Assembly (NCBI GenBank): GCA_036172245.1
Contig: JAYWIR010000007.1
Span: 1,612,001-1,676,000, forward strand
Reading direction: 5' to 3'
From: Raillietiella orientalis
Taxonomy: Eukaryota
Length of the DNA: 64,000 bases
The translations under genes and the position numbers were made by a program. Each line of letters opens with the position of its first letter. Position 1 is the stretch's first letter. The notes under the pieces were generated by a model. It made no database searches. It had not been told where the DNA came from and was given only the letters and a program-made list of their open reading frames with translations. Of this stretch, positions 1-13,020 are shown piece by piece.

Positions 1-3000
1 AACGACAGCATCATCATCGTCATTCCAACATTCGCCATCGTCGTGTATCATCACTGTCGCACTCAAGGCGAACACCAAAGGGTCAGACGGGACAGGGGAG
101 TTCCCCCTTCGCTGGCTCGGTGCGCCATCAAGGGCGAGTTCGGTTTCCCAGGTTCGAGCGAGTTCGAGGGAAAAGCACGGGGAGGCGCTGCGTTCGAGTC
201 GCTCCGTCGTTCGCTGTCGTCGTCGTTGGAGGCTCTGGCGGCTCTCCGGCTCAAGGAAACTACTTCGGAAGGCTTCTGGGACAGCCGCAGAGGGTTCCGC
301 GGCCGCGAGTGGCGAGGATACTCCCTCCTCACCCTTCGGTCGCCCCAGAACGTCCTTGAGCGCCGCCACTTGACAGTTTAGAAGCACGACCGTCTCCCGC
401 TCCTCTTTCCTGCAGCTTCAGGGAGTGACTCGAGCGCGCAGCCGACTCCACTGCCCAGCCCCTGATCGGACGGATCTGCTCTCTTGGTCTCAGGGCTTGG
501 ACCTCGGGTCAAAATGGAAGCAGTGGTGGTGCTCGGAGATCCAGGTCCTCAGGAGGGCTGGGCTTCTGGCGCACGGTGGAACCGCTTGGCCATTCGCGGC
601 CGGAGTGTTTGGTGTAGCCGCTGCTGCTGTGTTCGGGGGTACCTAAACCGTGTCGAACGGGAGGCAGTCGTCGTCTGACCAACATCGGGTCCGCGGCGGC
701 ACAGATCAGCCAGTCTTCGGGTCGCGAGGGAGTAACGTCGTTGCGCACGGTTGCTTGACCAGAGTGTCGAGGCTGACCTCCCGGAACTCGAGTGGTGCTC
801 TGTCCGAGCTTGCGCGCTCCCACACCTCCCTCACTGTCTGAGGGATGCATCACCCTTGTATCGCAGCTCTTCAGAGAGAGAAGGCGCCATCCAAGGGGCA
901 GAGCCTGACCTTCCCTTGACGGGATGGCGCGCAGCGCGACACCTTCCATTGGGCTTCCGGACGTCGCCTCAGGAAACCTCCTCGGAGGAGGCTTCCAGCT
1001 GTCAAGGAATTGAGCCCCTCTTCCGCACCACTGTGGATGGATGGAAGACCATCAGACATTCCATTAACTTTCGTCTTTGCTTTGATTCTGGACGGCAGTT
1101 GGAACTCCTCTCCTCTCCTATCGCACCCCCCCCCTCCCCCAAAAAGAAAAAAAAATTCGTGGAGAGAGAATTTTGAGGGAGACGGACGGTGATGCACCGC
1201 ACAAGTCGCTCTTTTCAGCCAAGAGTTCTCTGGATGGAGGCAGCACCGGCGACCTCATGAAGGAACGCTGCCAAGGAGTTGGAACTATCGGCGGTTTCAA
1301 AGAGCTCGCGGCGGCTTCCCGTGACGCTGTCTCCTTTCACCTCTTCGCGAGAGGCCTTTGTCACTCACCGTGAGCTCACGGAGAAAGCCAACAACTCGGG
1401 ACTTTCCGCTGGTATCGCGCAGGCTGGTTCCACCTTTCGGAAGCCAGCGCGGCAACAGCAGAGAGAATTTCTACGGCGTCCTCATCATTCATTCTATTTC
1501 GAGTTCTTTTCCATTTCTCCCCCCCCCCACCTTCCCTCTCCCTCTTCCTCTCCCAGAAGGAAAAACATAGAGAGACGGCAGTTCAGAAGCAGGCACCTTG
1601 AATATCCGAACGCGAGCAGAAGCGATCCCGACGCTGGCTCCATTGAACGAGGCGGTTGCGAAGGAAGCGGCTACAGAGAGCAGGTTCGAGGATGGGCAAA
1701 ACTTCCCCTCCAGATCAGGGTTCAAGAACTTTTTGATCATCCTCAGGAACAACATCTGGGAGGCATGCCTTGCCCCGACGCAGCTCGAGGAGCTCCTGCC
1801 ACAGATCGTCGCTCGCGCAGCGCTCCGTAGTGGGAAGGGGAAGGCCCGACGAGTCCAACTCTCGAAGAGATGAGAACCAGATGACTGCACGGCGCTGCCG
1901 GCGGAGGAAGCGGGGAGAGGCAGGGGGAAAGGAGAGAAAGGGAGTCCGTCGTCAGGCCTCGGAAGACGAAGAGGACGGCATGTAACCTTCGCGAGACAGT
2001 CTGAGGTCTCCGAAAGTCATGATGAGAGTAGGCGGCCATGTTTGATTGGGCGCTGCTTGAGACGAACACGGGAAGCCGAAAGACGAGATCAACAAAGAAG
2101 GGACGAGCACGTGCGCGCACACACAAAGAAAAAAGGGAAAGGGAGGGCGGGGGGGAAGGCTGCACACACAAAGCCCACGTCATCCAAATAGCCAGCAAGG
2201 GCTCAGATGCGCTTGCAGTCATTCTCAACGGAAGCGGATGGGATCGCGAGCGTCCCGAGATGAAATGAGAGACGAGACAGGGATGGCCATGGGAGTTTCC
2301 CCTTCCGAAGCAGGTGAACCGCGGCCGCGATGGCGCTCATCGCTGCGCGTCCGAGTCGCCAACGCGGACGGCCCGTCGCCTTCGGCAGTCGAAGAGGGGG
2401 ATCTCAACGCCCCTATAGGGGATAGGGTCGCTTCTTCGTCGCTCTCCAGGAAGAGTCCTGGACTCTTCGAAGACTCCTCCTCCTCCTCCTCCTCCTTCGT
2501 CTCGGGTGAGGCAGATGCGGGACATCCCAGGTCCCGCCGCGGATGCCATGGCTCTCCTGTGGATCTGAGGGCGGCCGGCTCTGGCCGGGGAAAGAGGGAG
2601 GCTTCCGCGTTTGACTGCAGGAACCCGCTGCCTTCCTGCTGGAGTCACTGGGACCGCCGAGTGTGCATTCGGGGCCACGCCGCCGGGCGTTCGGTTCTGC
2701 TCGAAGTGTGCCGAAAGGAGAAGAGCACGCAGTGGCGCGTGCAAGGGAGAAGATTTATCCGAGGTATCCTCCCCCTCTTTTCCTGCTGATCAACCAAGTC
2801 CTCCCTTTGGGCGGTCTTCGCTTCGGGACCCCTTTACCTTCCCCCCCCCTCGACATAAGATATCCTGCGTGAGAGGGATGGCGAGCGCCTCGGGGAGGTT
2901 CCCCTTTCCGCTTCCTCCCTTCGCGGGCTCCTGCGCAGATCGCCCGGAGTCGAAACTGCCACCTTTCCCGGCGAGGATGACGGCACCCCCCCACGCGTTC

Positions 3001-5685
3001 CGGGTAAGATGCCATCGCCCCCAGTTCCCGCCCCCACGCCCTGAAGAGGGCTGCGAATGCTTCCCTAACTGGTGATCTCTTGCTCGAGAGCCGCGTCTGC
3101 CGGCCTCGTTCCGTTCGCACGGTGACTCCCCCGGCCCAGACAAGACAGGAAGAGCCTGCTCTTCCAGGCGACAGAAGAGGGGGAGGGAAACGGCGTATGT
3201 GTGAGTGATGGAGTGGTGGTGGTGGAGGGCCAGACCCCTTGCTCTCTCGATTGCACCAATCGGACAGCACCACCACCGCTTCGGCTTTCCTCCCTCCGCT
3301 GTGCCTCATTCAGGAGTCGAACTCACCCTTTCTTCCTCCACGGAGCAGTCCTTCACCGGCTCTCTCCCGACTCCGCGCGAACGCGCCCCCCTTCCCTCGT
3401 CCAGGGGTGGGGCGAAGGTGCGGGCACTTCTCTCATCGTCTTCCGAACCGGTTCGCGAGCATCGCCATGCGGAGGAGGCTGCAGCGTCCTCTGCATCGCG
3501 TCTCCCTTGACTGGGACGGTCGATTCTACGAGAAGAGGAGTGCGCCGCGGAGTCCGGGGTCCCTCGCCTCCGCAGGGGGAGGACGGGAAAGGGAGAGGAA
3601 GGAAGGGCTTTATGAATTTTTCATGCCCTCGACGGGAAACGCACCATCGGCGTTCGTCCCTGAGAGGGACTTGCGTCTGCGGGATATCCGCGGGGAGGGA
3701 GCACAAAAAGGGTTTCTAAAGGAGGAGGAGAAAGAGGCGTAGGGGAGCGCTGTCTCCTGCTGTGTACCGTTCCTCTCCCTCGGTTTTCCTTGGTACCGAC
3801 CACAACACCCTCTCCGAGAATGAAGGGACTCCTGCCGTCCTCTCCCCTACGCAGCGAGACTTATCACTGTGGAGGCTTCGAATTTGCCCCTAGGAGGAGG
3901 GGGAGGGAGGAGCTGACCTCGCGGCACCGCATGAAGCGGGTAGAGTGGGGCATCTGCCCTGATCCTGCGTGCTGGGGTTGCCGGGAGGAGCGCCGCCCCG
4001 CGGGAATGCCGAAAGGGAAAAGCGAAACGTCAACCCGCACGGCAGTACTCCTGGGAAGCATCAGACATCTCCATGGAGACGGAGAGAAGCTTCCCTCCCT
4101 TCCGCGCGGTGTCTCCCTACCTCGGGGGGCACTCCTGGCTGCCCGAAGCAAGAGGACGAGCACCAGCTCTGCCGCTTCGGTCACGTGTTGTGCTCCCTCG
4201 CACCACCTAGACGGAAGTCCATGAACCCAGCCTGGGTCGGAGCATAAAGGAAAATGTCCGGGGCAATCCGCAAGAGGCGCAGGAAACGCCGGAAGGAGGA
4301 GAGGCAGAGGGTCACAACTATAGGAGGGACGCTGGCTATCATGGGCATCGCGCACGGCGCTGGACGAAAGGGAAGCGCACGGCGAGGATTGGTCGGCGCT
4401 TGGCCCAGGCTGATGCCAAACTCTGGGCGGGAAAAAACAAAACCAAAAGGGCAAGATTAGCGCCTCTAACGCCCTCACACGCGGGCCGAAGGGCAGTCGC
4501 AAGTGGCAGGGGGTGCGGAGGAGAATCCATTTGGCAGGGAAAGGAGGGTAGAGGGAAGTCTCGCGGATATTCGGGCAAGGGAGGCGCGAAAAAAACGCTC
4601 CAGCCGGATGTGATCGTTCTGACAACCGGCAGACCACTCGGCAGGAAACGACTGCCCTCCCTAGTGATTCGCCTTCCCCCTCTGTTTCTTGCAGGGGGAA
4701 GGGAAGGAACTGCCAGCCTTTTCCAAGCATACAATCCGCATTGCTGGGTGCAGCTTCCGCGGTATCTCCGCAAAGATATGGTCCAGCATCTTCCCTTCCC
4801 ACCACCTTTCATTTCTCTTTTGTTCGTAGCTCCCAATCCTCCGGATTGATCTCTTCGGGTCCTCCACCTGTCGGAGAAACGCCCCTCCTCCCTTTGATTA
4901 TTCAAGGATCGGTCCATGATGCTGCTAATGATCTGCGGAGACAAGAAGCATCCTTCCTGCTCTCCTTGCGGGGAGCGTGGGAACGGGAAGCGAAGTAACA
5001 GAGTGTCGTCGGGGCGCATGCAGCCCCAAGACCCGCGAGATCGATCGGACTGTTTCCAAGTGACCAGTGACAACGGATGAAAACGTCGCTCGCGGTCTGG
5101 CAAGCTCCCCTCATCCCTAGGACCCAGAAAAGATGAACATTCGCACCCGCTAAGGCGCAGAAGAGAGGAAGGAAGGTCTCTGGCAGGCGAGAGACCGCGA
5201 GCGGATCCCGGAAGCTGCGCACCCGCCGGTGCCCCAACAGTCGCCTTCGGCTGGAAAACTCCAGCGGTGCGGATTTGTGGCAGCGGATGCGTGATGGGGT
5301 CGGGTCGACTCCGGGGGTCTCGTACTCGTGACACGCCAACGCGCGCTCTCCCTCACACCTCTGTCGCCATCCCTTTTCCCGGAACGTGTCATCGTGAGCT
5401 CTGTACCACGGGAGTTCCCTGAAGACAGGAACGCACGGGGGTCGGAAGGGTAGGGTCGTCGCGAGACCTTCGGGTTCGCGATGCTCTCCGACGTCAGCAG
5501 CTGCATCTGTGTTGAGGATAGGATGCCGACCGCGAGGAGGCGTCTGCAGCCTCAGGTGACCAGGCTCAAAGCACAGATGCCATCGTCGAACGGGAGTATC
5601 AGTCTTTTGCAACTTCCCTGCGGCCACGGGATGAATCCGGGACTGCGTCTCAGATGCTCCAGCAAGGGAGAGGAGGCTAGGCGGC

Positions 5686-5818
5686 TATGAGAGGGGGAGA
5701 GAAGGAGGAGGAAGAGAGGAAGGGGAGAAGGAAGAAGGGAGGAAGGAGAAGAGAAGGAGAGGAGGAAGAGAAAGGTAGGAATGGAGGAAAGGAAGAAGAA
5801 AGGAGGAGAAGAAATGAA
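5686..5818. repeat. GA-rich low-complexity purine tract
   Basis: About 130 nt of almost only G/A (gaaggaggaggaagagaggaagg...). Confidence 0.9.
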
Positions 5819-5890
5819 GCAACGGCCTGTACTCTTTCTCCCTCATCCCTCCCCTCCCCGTATCTTGCACAGAAAAGGCGACCAGCTTAC

Positions 5891-6023
5891 CTGCGTGTCC
5901 CGATGGATCGTGTAAGTCATCCAGCAGCAGGGCTCGACTTGGTTGGCGTCCAGCCCCCAGAACTCGAGCTCCTCCTCGAAGAGAGGACCGCAGACGTTAG
6001 TCGGGTAGTGCAGCTTCCCCGTC
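5891..6023 (-). CDS. Kv3/Shaw-family channel, second coding exon
   Basis: Acceptor ctctttcccgccag|G and donor CAG|gtaagc. The 133 nt complete the split Arg codon and encode [44 protein letters not shown], the canonical continuation of the Shaw T1 domain. It is not in the ORF track. Confidence 0.97.
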
Positions 6024-8504
6024 CTGGCGGGAAAGAGGACAGATCCGAGTCGGCTCTAGAGTTTGGGTTGATTAGTGTGCAGCGGCTCCACTGTCTCCGT
6101 CCGACGGGCGCGCGAACCTCAGCAGTCTCTTGCCTTTACCCCCCTCTCCCTCCTCCCTCCTGATTCCCTCCGGCTTTCTCCGACGACTCTTGGCAATGGG
6201 ACGACATGAGCGGCTGAGGACGCCGGCTTCTTCGGCGCGTAGACGCCAGAAAGGTCCTCTCGCTCCAGCCTCCTGCAGGAGCGGGGTGTGGGGTGGACTC
6301 GCGCTGTTATGAGTAGGCGCTGTCACCTCTAAGGACCTTGCAGGACGCCTTCCGTGTCCTCTCCGCGCAAAAGGGGTCCTGCTTGCTAGTCTGGAGAGCG
6401 CTCCAGGCGTACACCATGTGCCGGAGGTCCCGAAACCTCACGCCCCCTTCCCCGCAAATGCCCAGGGAGGCAGGAGGGTGCCTTTGCCGCCGCCTGCTCG
6501 ATCCGTCGCTGCTTTTAGGCGAGGGCCGCGCGCATGCGCGCGAGATGAAGGGGAGGGAGAAAAGAGAGAAGAGATGCGGATATGGTGCTCGACCCAACCG
6601 CGCAGAGGTTCCTTGGCGACTGAGGAGGGGTGACAGCAAAGAGCGCCTCGAGACAAAGTATCAAGGGTCCTTCTCCAGAAGCCCAGTTCCATCCTACTCT
6701 TTCCTTAAGCATGAGAAGGAAGGAAGAAATGCAGGGAGGAATAAATGAGAGCTTTGTCAGACCCGTAAGAGAAGGCATAGAATCTTTTGGTCTGGACCGC
6801 GACCGCACGAACATCGATAGAGTGGAGCAAGAGAGGAAGCAGACAAAGGGAGGCAGGGAAGGGTCGCCACGGCCATCCTTCGGCAGCGGTTCAGCAAGGT
6901 CAGAGCGAGGGCAGATCTCTTCCGCTCTCCTGGAGACGCGACCGAGAGGCCGAATCTCCGCGAGCTGCGCGGAGGAAGGGTCAGAGGTGGGGGAAGCGCT
7001 GCTGGAGGGGAAGCGAGTCTCAAGCGGAGGGCGCTCGGGTGCCAGGCAAGGCTCCAGGCCCCCACCACTGCCGCCGATCTTCTAAAGAGAGGAACCTCGG
7101 TGCCCTAAAGCCGTCATGAACGTCCGGTCGACGAGAGGTAGGCGGAAGGGCGGCGGGAGGTGGTGGTAGTGGTGGAATGAGGCACGGGACGGGAGTCTCC
7201 GGAGGAATGACTGGCTGTAGGCGCTGGACTCCCCTTTCACTCTCCCACCCTCCTCTCCCCCCACGATGCAGCTCTGCCCTGTCCTTCCCTCCAGTTCGGA
7301 CGGAGTCCTGAAAAGAAAGGGGGGAGCAGACGTCTCCGATTATTCCGGCAGTCCCAGAAGCTGCGCCATCGGAACCTTCCCTCCTTCGAGGAGGAAGGGT
7401 CCTCTCGCGCATCCTCCAGAACGAAACGGAGATGCAGGGGTGGAAGGAGCGCCGCGATTCCTATCGCTCACAGCAATCGCGGAATGCTGATCTCTGGACC
7501 CGTGTCCAGATCCGCGGAAGCATATTTTCAGCCCGCGCTTCCGCATTGGGTTCGCAGCCGCGCCGAAGGTTCTCGGACGGAAGGATGCCTTCCGCCCCCG
7601 CTTTGCGGGAGACGTTCGGGATACCGCGTCTCGCCTTCTTCCCGCCCGAAGTTGGAGGCGCCTCGGGAAAAGCTACTTCCCTCCTCCTTCCGTCTTGATC
7701 CCAGAGCAACTCCTTTGGCACTTCCACTTCCCGGCGCGACTCATCCCAAATCCCTCCAGACCGGGAGCGCACGAGTCGCGGAAGAGGCGGGTGGGGAGCC
7801 TCTGGACATGATCTTCCGGAAAAACGGCGGTTGCTCGTCGTGCAGCCGCTCGAAGACCCGTGGCGCCTTCGACTCATTTCCCACGTACCCATTCTGGCAC
7901 GACTGGAAAGTTCGCCTTCCAGAAGCCAAGGCCATAGTGCCCTTGTAGAACCCGAGAGGGGACATCCGCGAGGTTTTCGGGAGTGGGGAAGGAGGGAAGG
8001 GAGTCAACCACGTTTCCTAGGGTGCAATAAAGGGGGAAGGGTGGGACCGCACTGCTCGCGTTTAGGAAGCGCAGACTTCCAATGCCGTACCGAGGAGGAA
8101 GGTCACCCTGGAAACGCACAGGGTTGTTCCTTGCCTTGCTCCCTCGAGTGAGGTAGAGGAGGAAGTGGGTGAGAGCAGTGAGTTTCCAATATCGGTTTGC
8201 GCCGCTGGCTCTCATCTCTTAGCCTTTCTTCCGTCTCCATGGACGCCGACTTCGGCTCTACCGTGACAGAGCGCTGCTCTGCGGTTGGTGGCCGAGATCT
8301 GCGATCATGGGAATGACCTTCCTGGCGGACGGCAACCACCGCCGGAGACAAAGCCCCACAGAGGGCTTCTTCCCTCCCTGCTGGAAGCAAAGGACCTCTG
8401 GCGCACCCCCATGCAAGCACGGGGAGGACACGTCTCCCGAGCTGCTCGGCCTAGAACGAGGCCTCACGGGAACACTCGTTCCGCGCGAACGTGCATGGCA
8501 GCGT

Positions 8505-8586
8505 GGAAGGGAAAGGGAGGAGGAGGAAGAAGAAGGGAGGAGGGAGAGGAGGAGAAAGAAGGAGGAGGGAGAAGGGGAAGGAGCAG
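8505..8586. repeat. GA-rich low-complexity purine tract
   Basis: ggaagggaaagggaggaggaggaagaag..., directly downstream of the exon donor on the minus strand. Confidence 0.9.
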
Positions 8587-8598
8587 GAGTGCACGTAC

Positions 8599-8792
8599 CT
8601 GTAGTAGTTGAGGATCTGAGCGAACACGCCGGGGTGCCGGTCGAAAAAATACTCGTTCAGGACGGGGTCGTAGTTGGCCAGCGCCTCCGTCAGACGGGAC
8701 AGTCTCGTGGCTGGGATTTTCTTCAAAGTCGCCTTGTAGGTCTCGAAGCGAATTCCTCCGACGTTGAGGATGATGCGATTGCTCGCATCCAT
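8599..8792 (-). CDS. Kv3/Shaw-family voltage-gated potassium channel, first coding exon (N-terminal T1/BTB tetramerisation domain); Shawl-like
   Basis: Translates [64 protein letters not shown](R), nearly identical from memory to Drosophila Shaw/Shawl N-termini. An in-frame TAG lies immediately before the ATG. The exon ends at the donor TACAG|gtacgt (phase 2). Confidence 0.97.
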
Positions 8793-8961
8793 CTAATCTC
8801 TTTGAAAGTCCTTTTAGCTTTCGAACCGGACCGCACTGCCAAACGCTGGAACCGGCAACAGCCGCTGACCATCCTGGAAGAGGGTTTCCCGATCAGATAC
8901 CGCTTTCCCGAAACACTGCGGAACCCCGTGCCAGATTCCGTGCACCACGGCGAGGTGAAAC
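8793..8961 (-). other. Probable 5' UTR portion of the first coding exon of the Kv3 gene
   Basis: Strong pyrimidine-rich acceptor cctctccccttcag|G at 8963/8961. The AG directly before the ATG has no polypyrimidine tract. Confidence 0.5.
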
Positions 8962-10835
8962 CTGAAGGGGAGAGGTCATGGTTCCTCTCGGCAACCACAG
9001 GGCAAACCGAGGTCCATTTCGAGATCGTGCGCAGGTCGGAACAGATTGCGAGGTGCGCGTGGCAAACAAAATTTCGAAAGCTCCCCGTCTCCAGTGGCTG
9101 GGGCGCAAAGAAGAAAGGAGGGAGGGTTCCCGTCCTAGGGCTCACGCTCAGACTGGATCTTCGAAACGCGACGGTGGAAGCCGGAATACCCGTTCCGTGG
9201 GTTCTGAAGCAGAGGAAGGAGCACGAAGAGGGACGGCGACTCTCGCCGGTGCGTGACTCGGCGGTGTGGAGACGCTGCGGGAGCTGTCAGAGCGTTTTCT
9301 CGCAAGAAGAATCAGCAGCTCATCCGACCGAGCATCCGCACGCCCGATATGCTGCTGTCTGCCTGCTTTACTTCCCCTCCTTGAGCCGAGGAAGCAATTC
9401 CTACCGACCAAGCGGGAGGAGGCGTGGCGGCCTGCCTACACAACTGCGTTTCCCTGGATACGAGCGGATGGTACGCAATTTCCCCGGGAGGTCGCACGGA
9501 ACGTGCCTTCAGGTTAAACCATCGAGAGATTCGCAGGAGGGCTCTCCCGCGTTCAGACGGGTCAGGTGCGACCGGATTCATCCCAAAGACGCGGCTCACT
9601 GCTGCAGTTGCTGGTGCTGCAGGCGACTGCATGGACCCCGTCCGAAAAGCTGTCCTCCCCAAGCGTAGATCAGATGGCCATGACCTTAGCGCTAAACTCT
9701 GCAGACCCCTCGTTGTCCACCCCTTCTTCCTTCTTTGAAATGCGAAAGCGTGAGTCGTGGGACAGAGTGTCCAGTGGTCAGTTCGAGAGGAAATTTCAAT
9801 TTCCCCACGAATCGTCGCAGAATGTGTCCCGCATCCCTCCAGGAACGGGAGTCCTTCGGCTGCCTCGACAGAAGACTCCTGCGTTCGTCCATCTCCACAC
9901 GGTCCCTGGGAAGACGACCCCATGGGAAACGACACTTCTCGGAGTGGGTTCCCCAGCTTCCTGTATCTCTAGCAAGATGACTGAGAGAATTTCCGGCAGA
10001 CTCCTGGAGTAGGTCGCTCCCCCCCTCTCCCTGTTCTCCTGAGAGGAACCGGCCGCGAGACGGAGCCGCGGGTGCGGGGCGAGTGGTGCGAGCTGCCTCC
10101 AGCGATGCCGCTGGAGTGCCCGGGGTTTCGTGGGCGGAGAGACGCAGGGATGCCAGGGGAGAGAACTCGGTCATGGCTCGGGGAGGCTGGCCCCCTTGCC
10201 TGCTCTCCGAGAGGACATCGGTACCTCCTACTGGCTCAATTCCCGCACGCGGATGCGGATCGAGGGGGCGCGAGAAATCTCGCGAGGGGTCACACCCGGA
10301 CCGGTCCCTTCTCGCTGGCCTTCTCAGGACGACAAGGGCTCGCCCCTTCGCCGTGCAGACGAACCGCGGCCGGTCGCGTCTTCGCTACAGCTCCTCCTCC
10401 AATAAGCCACCTCGCCCCTCCCAGCCAAGGAAAGGGTTGGGGGGAGGCACTTCCAGTTTCCTTCCGCGTGGGGTCTTGCTGCAACACGCCGCGCAGGAAC
10501 GCCCTGCTTGGCCGTGTGCCGGTTCGTGAGCGCATCGCTTAGCTTTGGGTCCTCTTTCCGCTTGTCCTCTTTCCGGGAGATGAGGGATTACCGGAGATGC
10601 AGCATCCACGTCGGGTTCGGTTTCCTTCCCTCTCGCTCCCGGGAACCGAGCCGGGGAATTCCGGATAGCCGATGCGAAGGGCTTCCGGGAGGGCGAGGGT
10701 TCTGCGATTCCGGGGACGACCCAATGTTTCCCCTCCCCCTTCCGTGGCGGAGGACGTGACCCACATCACTGCACGCCCCTTCGGCTCAGGATGAGGAAAG
10801 AGACAAGTGCAGGAGGAGAAGACCGCCCGCATTGG

Positions 10836-11470
10836 CGGCCGCGTGGCCGCGGTCTCCGCGCGTGGCAGCAGCGAACGTCGCGGTTCAAATCCCACAGAGG
10901 GAAAGATTGACGCCGAGAACGGAAAGTGTGCCGTGGGTTTTGAGTTCCTTCCGCAAGATGACGCTGGTTGGCCTATTCGAGTGAGGCAATGGTAGGAAGT
11001 CGGGAACCGGATGCCCCATCGAGTGGCCAGGATTTGGAAGTGGACCCTCCGAGGTCCTTCCAGGAATCAAGGAGCCGTTCCCCACCGATTGTGAAAATGG
11101 GGCCGCCCTCCATCGTTTACCACGGAGCTGGTTGGTACCTCTCCAGAGTGTAAGGAGCGCGCTGCTTCCTTCGGGGAGCACCCTTCAGGGAAATTTGGAA
11201 GCGTCCCTTCGGCGTCCTCTTCGGGGGAGTAATAGGGGGCGATTCCCTTGCGGTTTCCCTCCGGAGGAGAAATGCGGGGTTCTTCCCCCTTTGAGGGGGC
11301 CCTCCGGAGGGTACAAGGAAGAGGTTCCTTCGGGTTCCCTCCCAAGCTGAAGGGGAAACGAATCCTTCCTCCGGAGCCTTTCTGGATTCATAGGGTGGTC
11401 CCCTCCCTGGGTACCCGCTAACCCGAAGAGAAGCACGCTCCCTTGGGGCAGTGGTCAGTGTGAAAGATCC
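10836..11470 (+). mobile_element. tRNA-headed SINE-like element (head plus monomer body)
   Basis: GTCGCGGTTCAAATCCC B-box/T-arm at 10882-10892. Positions 10890-11441 are near-identical (inverted) to 29588-30140 and homologous to four other copies. Confidence 0.75.
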
Positions 11471-12699
11471 TGAGAGGGAAAGAGGCGCTGTCGGATGATC
11501 CCCAGAGATAAAATCCGACCTCTCAAGGCACATCGCCTTCTGACTGCTGACCTGGGTAGGTTAATGCCAAGTGGGCCACCGGACCGTCGAGGTCGAACTG
11601 CGAGAAGACCTCAGGTGATTGCTTTCTGCCTTTGGTACAGATCGCCGAGAAGGATCTTCGGGATCGTGCGACCGAAAAAGACACCCTCTGTCGGAGGAGG
11701 GCAGAATCGGGCTTGTAGCTCGAGGGCCCGAACTACAAGCAGAGGGGATCTTGCCCCCAACGAGAAATAGTGGCAGGGCGAAGGTCACCCGGGAACACAA
11801 ATGAGCGGAAGTCTGTCAAGTCGAACGTGGGAAGCGGCGGAATCACCCGGGGAAAATTCTGCGCGCAAGAGAAAAAAGGGAACGCGCGCGCACAGCGGGG
11901 ACTCACCCCTGGGCTTCCGCGACAGAGGGGCGGTCCGCGGCCGCCCGTCGTCGGCTTTCCCGCGCACGCTGGGCAAAAAGCGAAAAATGGGGTAATTGGA
12001 TCGGCTGCACCCCTTGAGCAAACACGGCGCCGCCGGGACGCGGGAGCAGAGCGGATCCTTTGTGCGTGTTCGCGCAGCAAAGTCGCCCGGGAAGCTGCTC
12101 TCCCGGAGACGGGAGGGGAAGCCTCTTTCCCGCCATCAAAATCTCCGGATTTTCCCTCCTTGCAGCGATGCTCACGGATCGCACGCGCCCCGCGCTCCAC
12201 GCGAGGAAGCGGAGGGTCGGTTGCCATGGAGAGACGAGTTTTGAGCCGAGCAGCGGCTGCTCTCAGATCGCGCCGGGGGTCCACCACCTTTCTTTCGGAG
12301 ATCCGTGAGTTCTCCGTGGAAGTGGAAGGCAGCGAGGATTTCTCGCCTCTCCCCCGAAGAGTCCTCCACATTGGAAGGGGGGGGGGGGGAACCGCTGCTT
12401 GGATGCAGTGGCTCGGGGAGACGCGAGGAATGCTCTGTTGACGAGTGGGAACGAGGAGAAAGAGGAGGAGGAGAAGGAATTTTTACTTGAGAGCTGAACG
12501 CTGCCGAATGAGGCCAGCACCACAGGGACGCCATTCGTTTTTTGAGGATCGAGACAAGATGGTCCACGTGGGAACCACACAGAAGGAACCTGCAGACACA
12601 CTTGAAAGGATGTAGGGGACGCCGAACGGCAGATAGTGATCGCTTCCAGACCCCCTCACCCTTCAAGGTTCCCTATTATGTCATAAATAATCCTTCCTT

Positions 12700-13020
12700 T
12701 GCCAATTGCATGAGTCACCCCAACATACCACACACGCTCCCTCAATCTATTCAGCCTTCATCAACCAATTCTCCTGCCCTACTAATCCGCGTCGGTCGAT
12801 CCCCCTTCCCTGTTAATTTCAAAGTCATGATCATCATCCTCAGACTTCTTCAATGCTTTACCATCCTTTACCAGCCCTGACCAATATGAAGCCAATAGCC
12901 GTTTCCAAACATCCCTCCATTATAGATAATCGACACTTCTCTATTTCCTCTACAATAATCCCACACCCTACTATCGCTAAAGGATTCAAATTCACCAACG
13001 AAACACCTCCATCTGTCGCA
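12700..13020 (-). pseudogene. Possible decayed ORF1 (gag-like) fragment of an I/Nimb-type non-LTR element
   Basis: Lower-GC island. A minus frame reads GVSLVNLNPLAIVGCGIIVEEIEKCRL, resembling the SLxxLNPxxI...IVGEV ORF1 motif; many stops. Confidence 0.3.

Noticed and set aside
1598..1873. Protein-like 91-aa ORF (FKNFLIILRNNIWEACL...)
   Set aside because: No recognisable family or clear splice context; cannot be supported without a search.
4560..5200. Possible endonuclease relics (LQPDVIVL, AYNP; similarly TDH at ~9780 minus)
   Set aside because: Motifs are too short and degenerate to call by eye.
8451..8598. C-terminal part of the predicted 113-aa Kv ORF (YVHSCSFPF...)
   Set aside because: Read-through into the intron past the GT donor at 8598.
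8307..9668. 453-aa plus-strand ORF
   Set aside because: Antisense to the Kv3 exon and spans a GA tract; no recognisable domain; long ORFs are expected at this GC content.
10836..10900. Functional tRNA gene
   Set aside because: T-arm and B-box are present but there is no complete cloverleaf, and it is part of a dispersed repeat.
11180..11345. CRISPR-like array of palindromic units
   Set aside because: Eukaryotic context, degenerate tandem monomers without unique spacers, and no cas genes.
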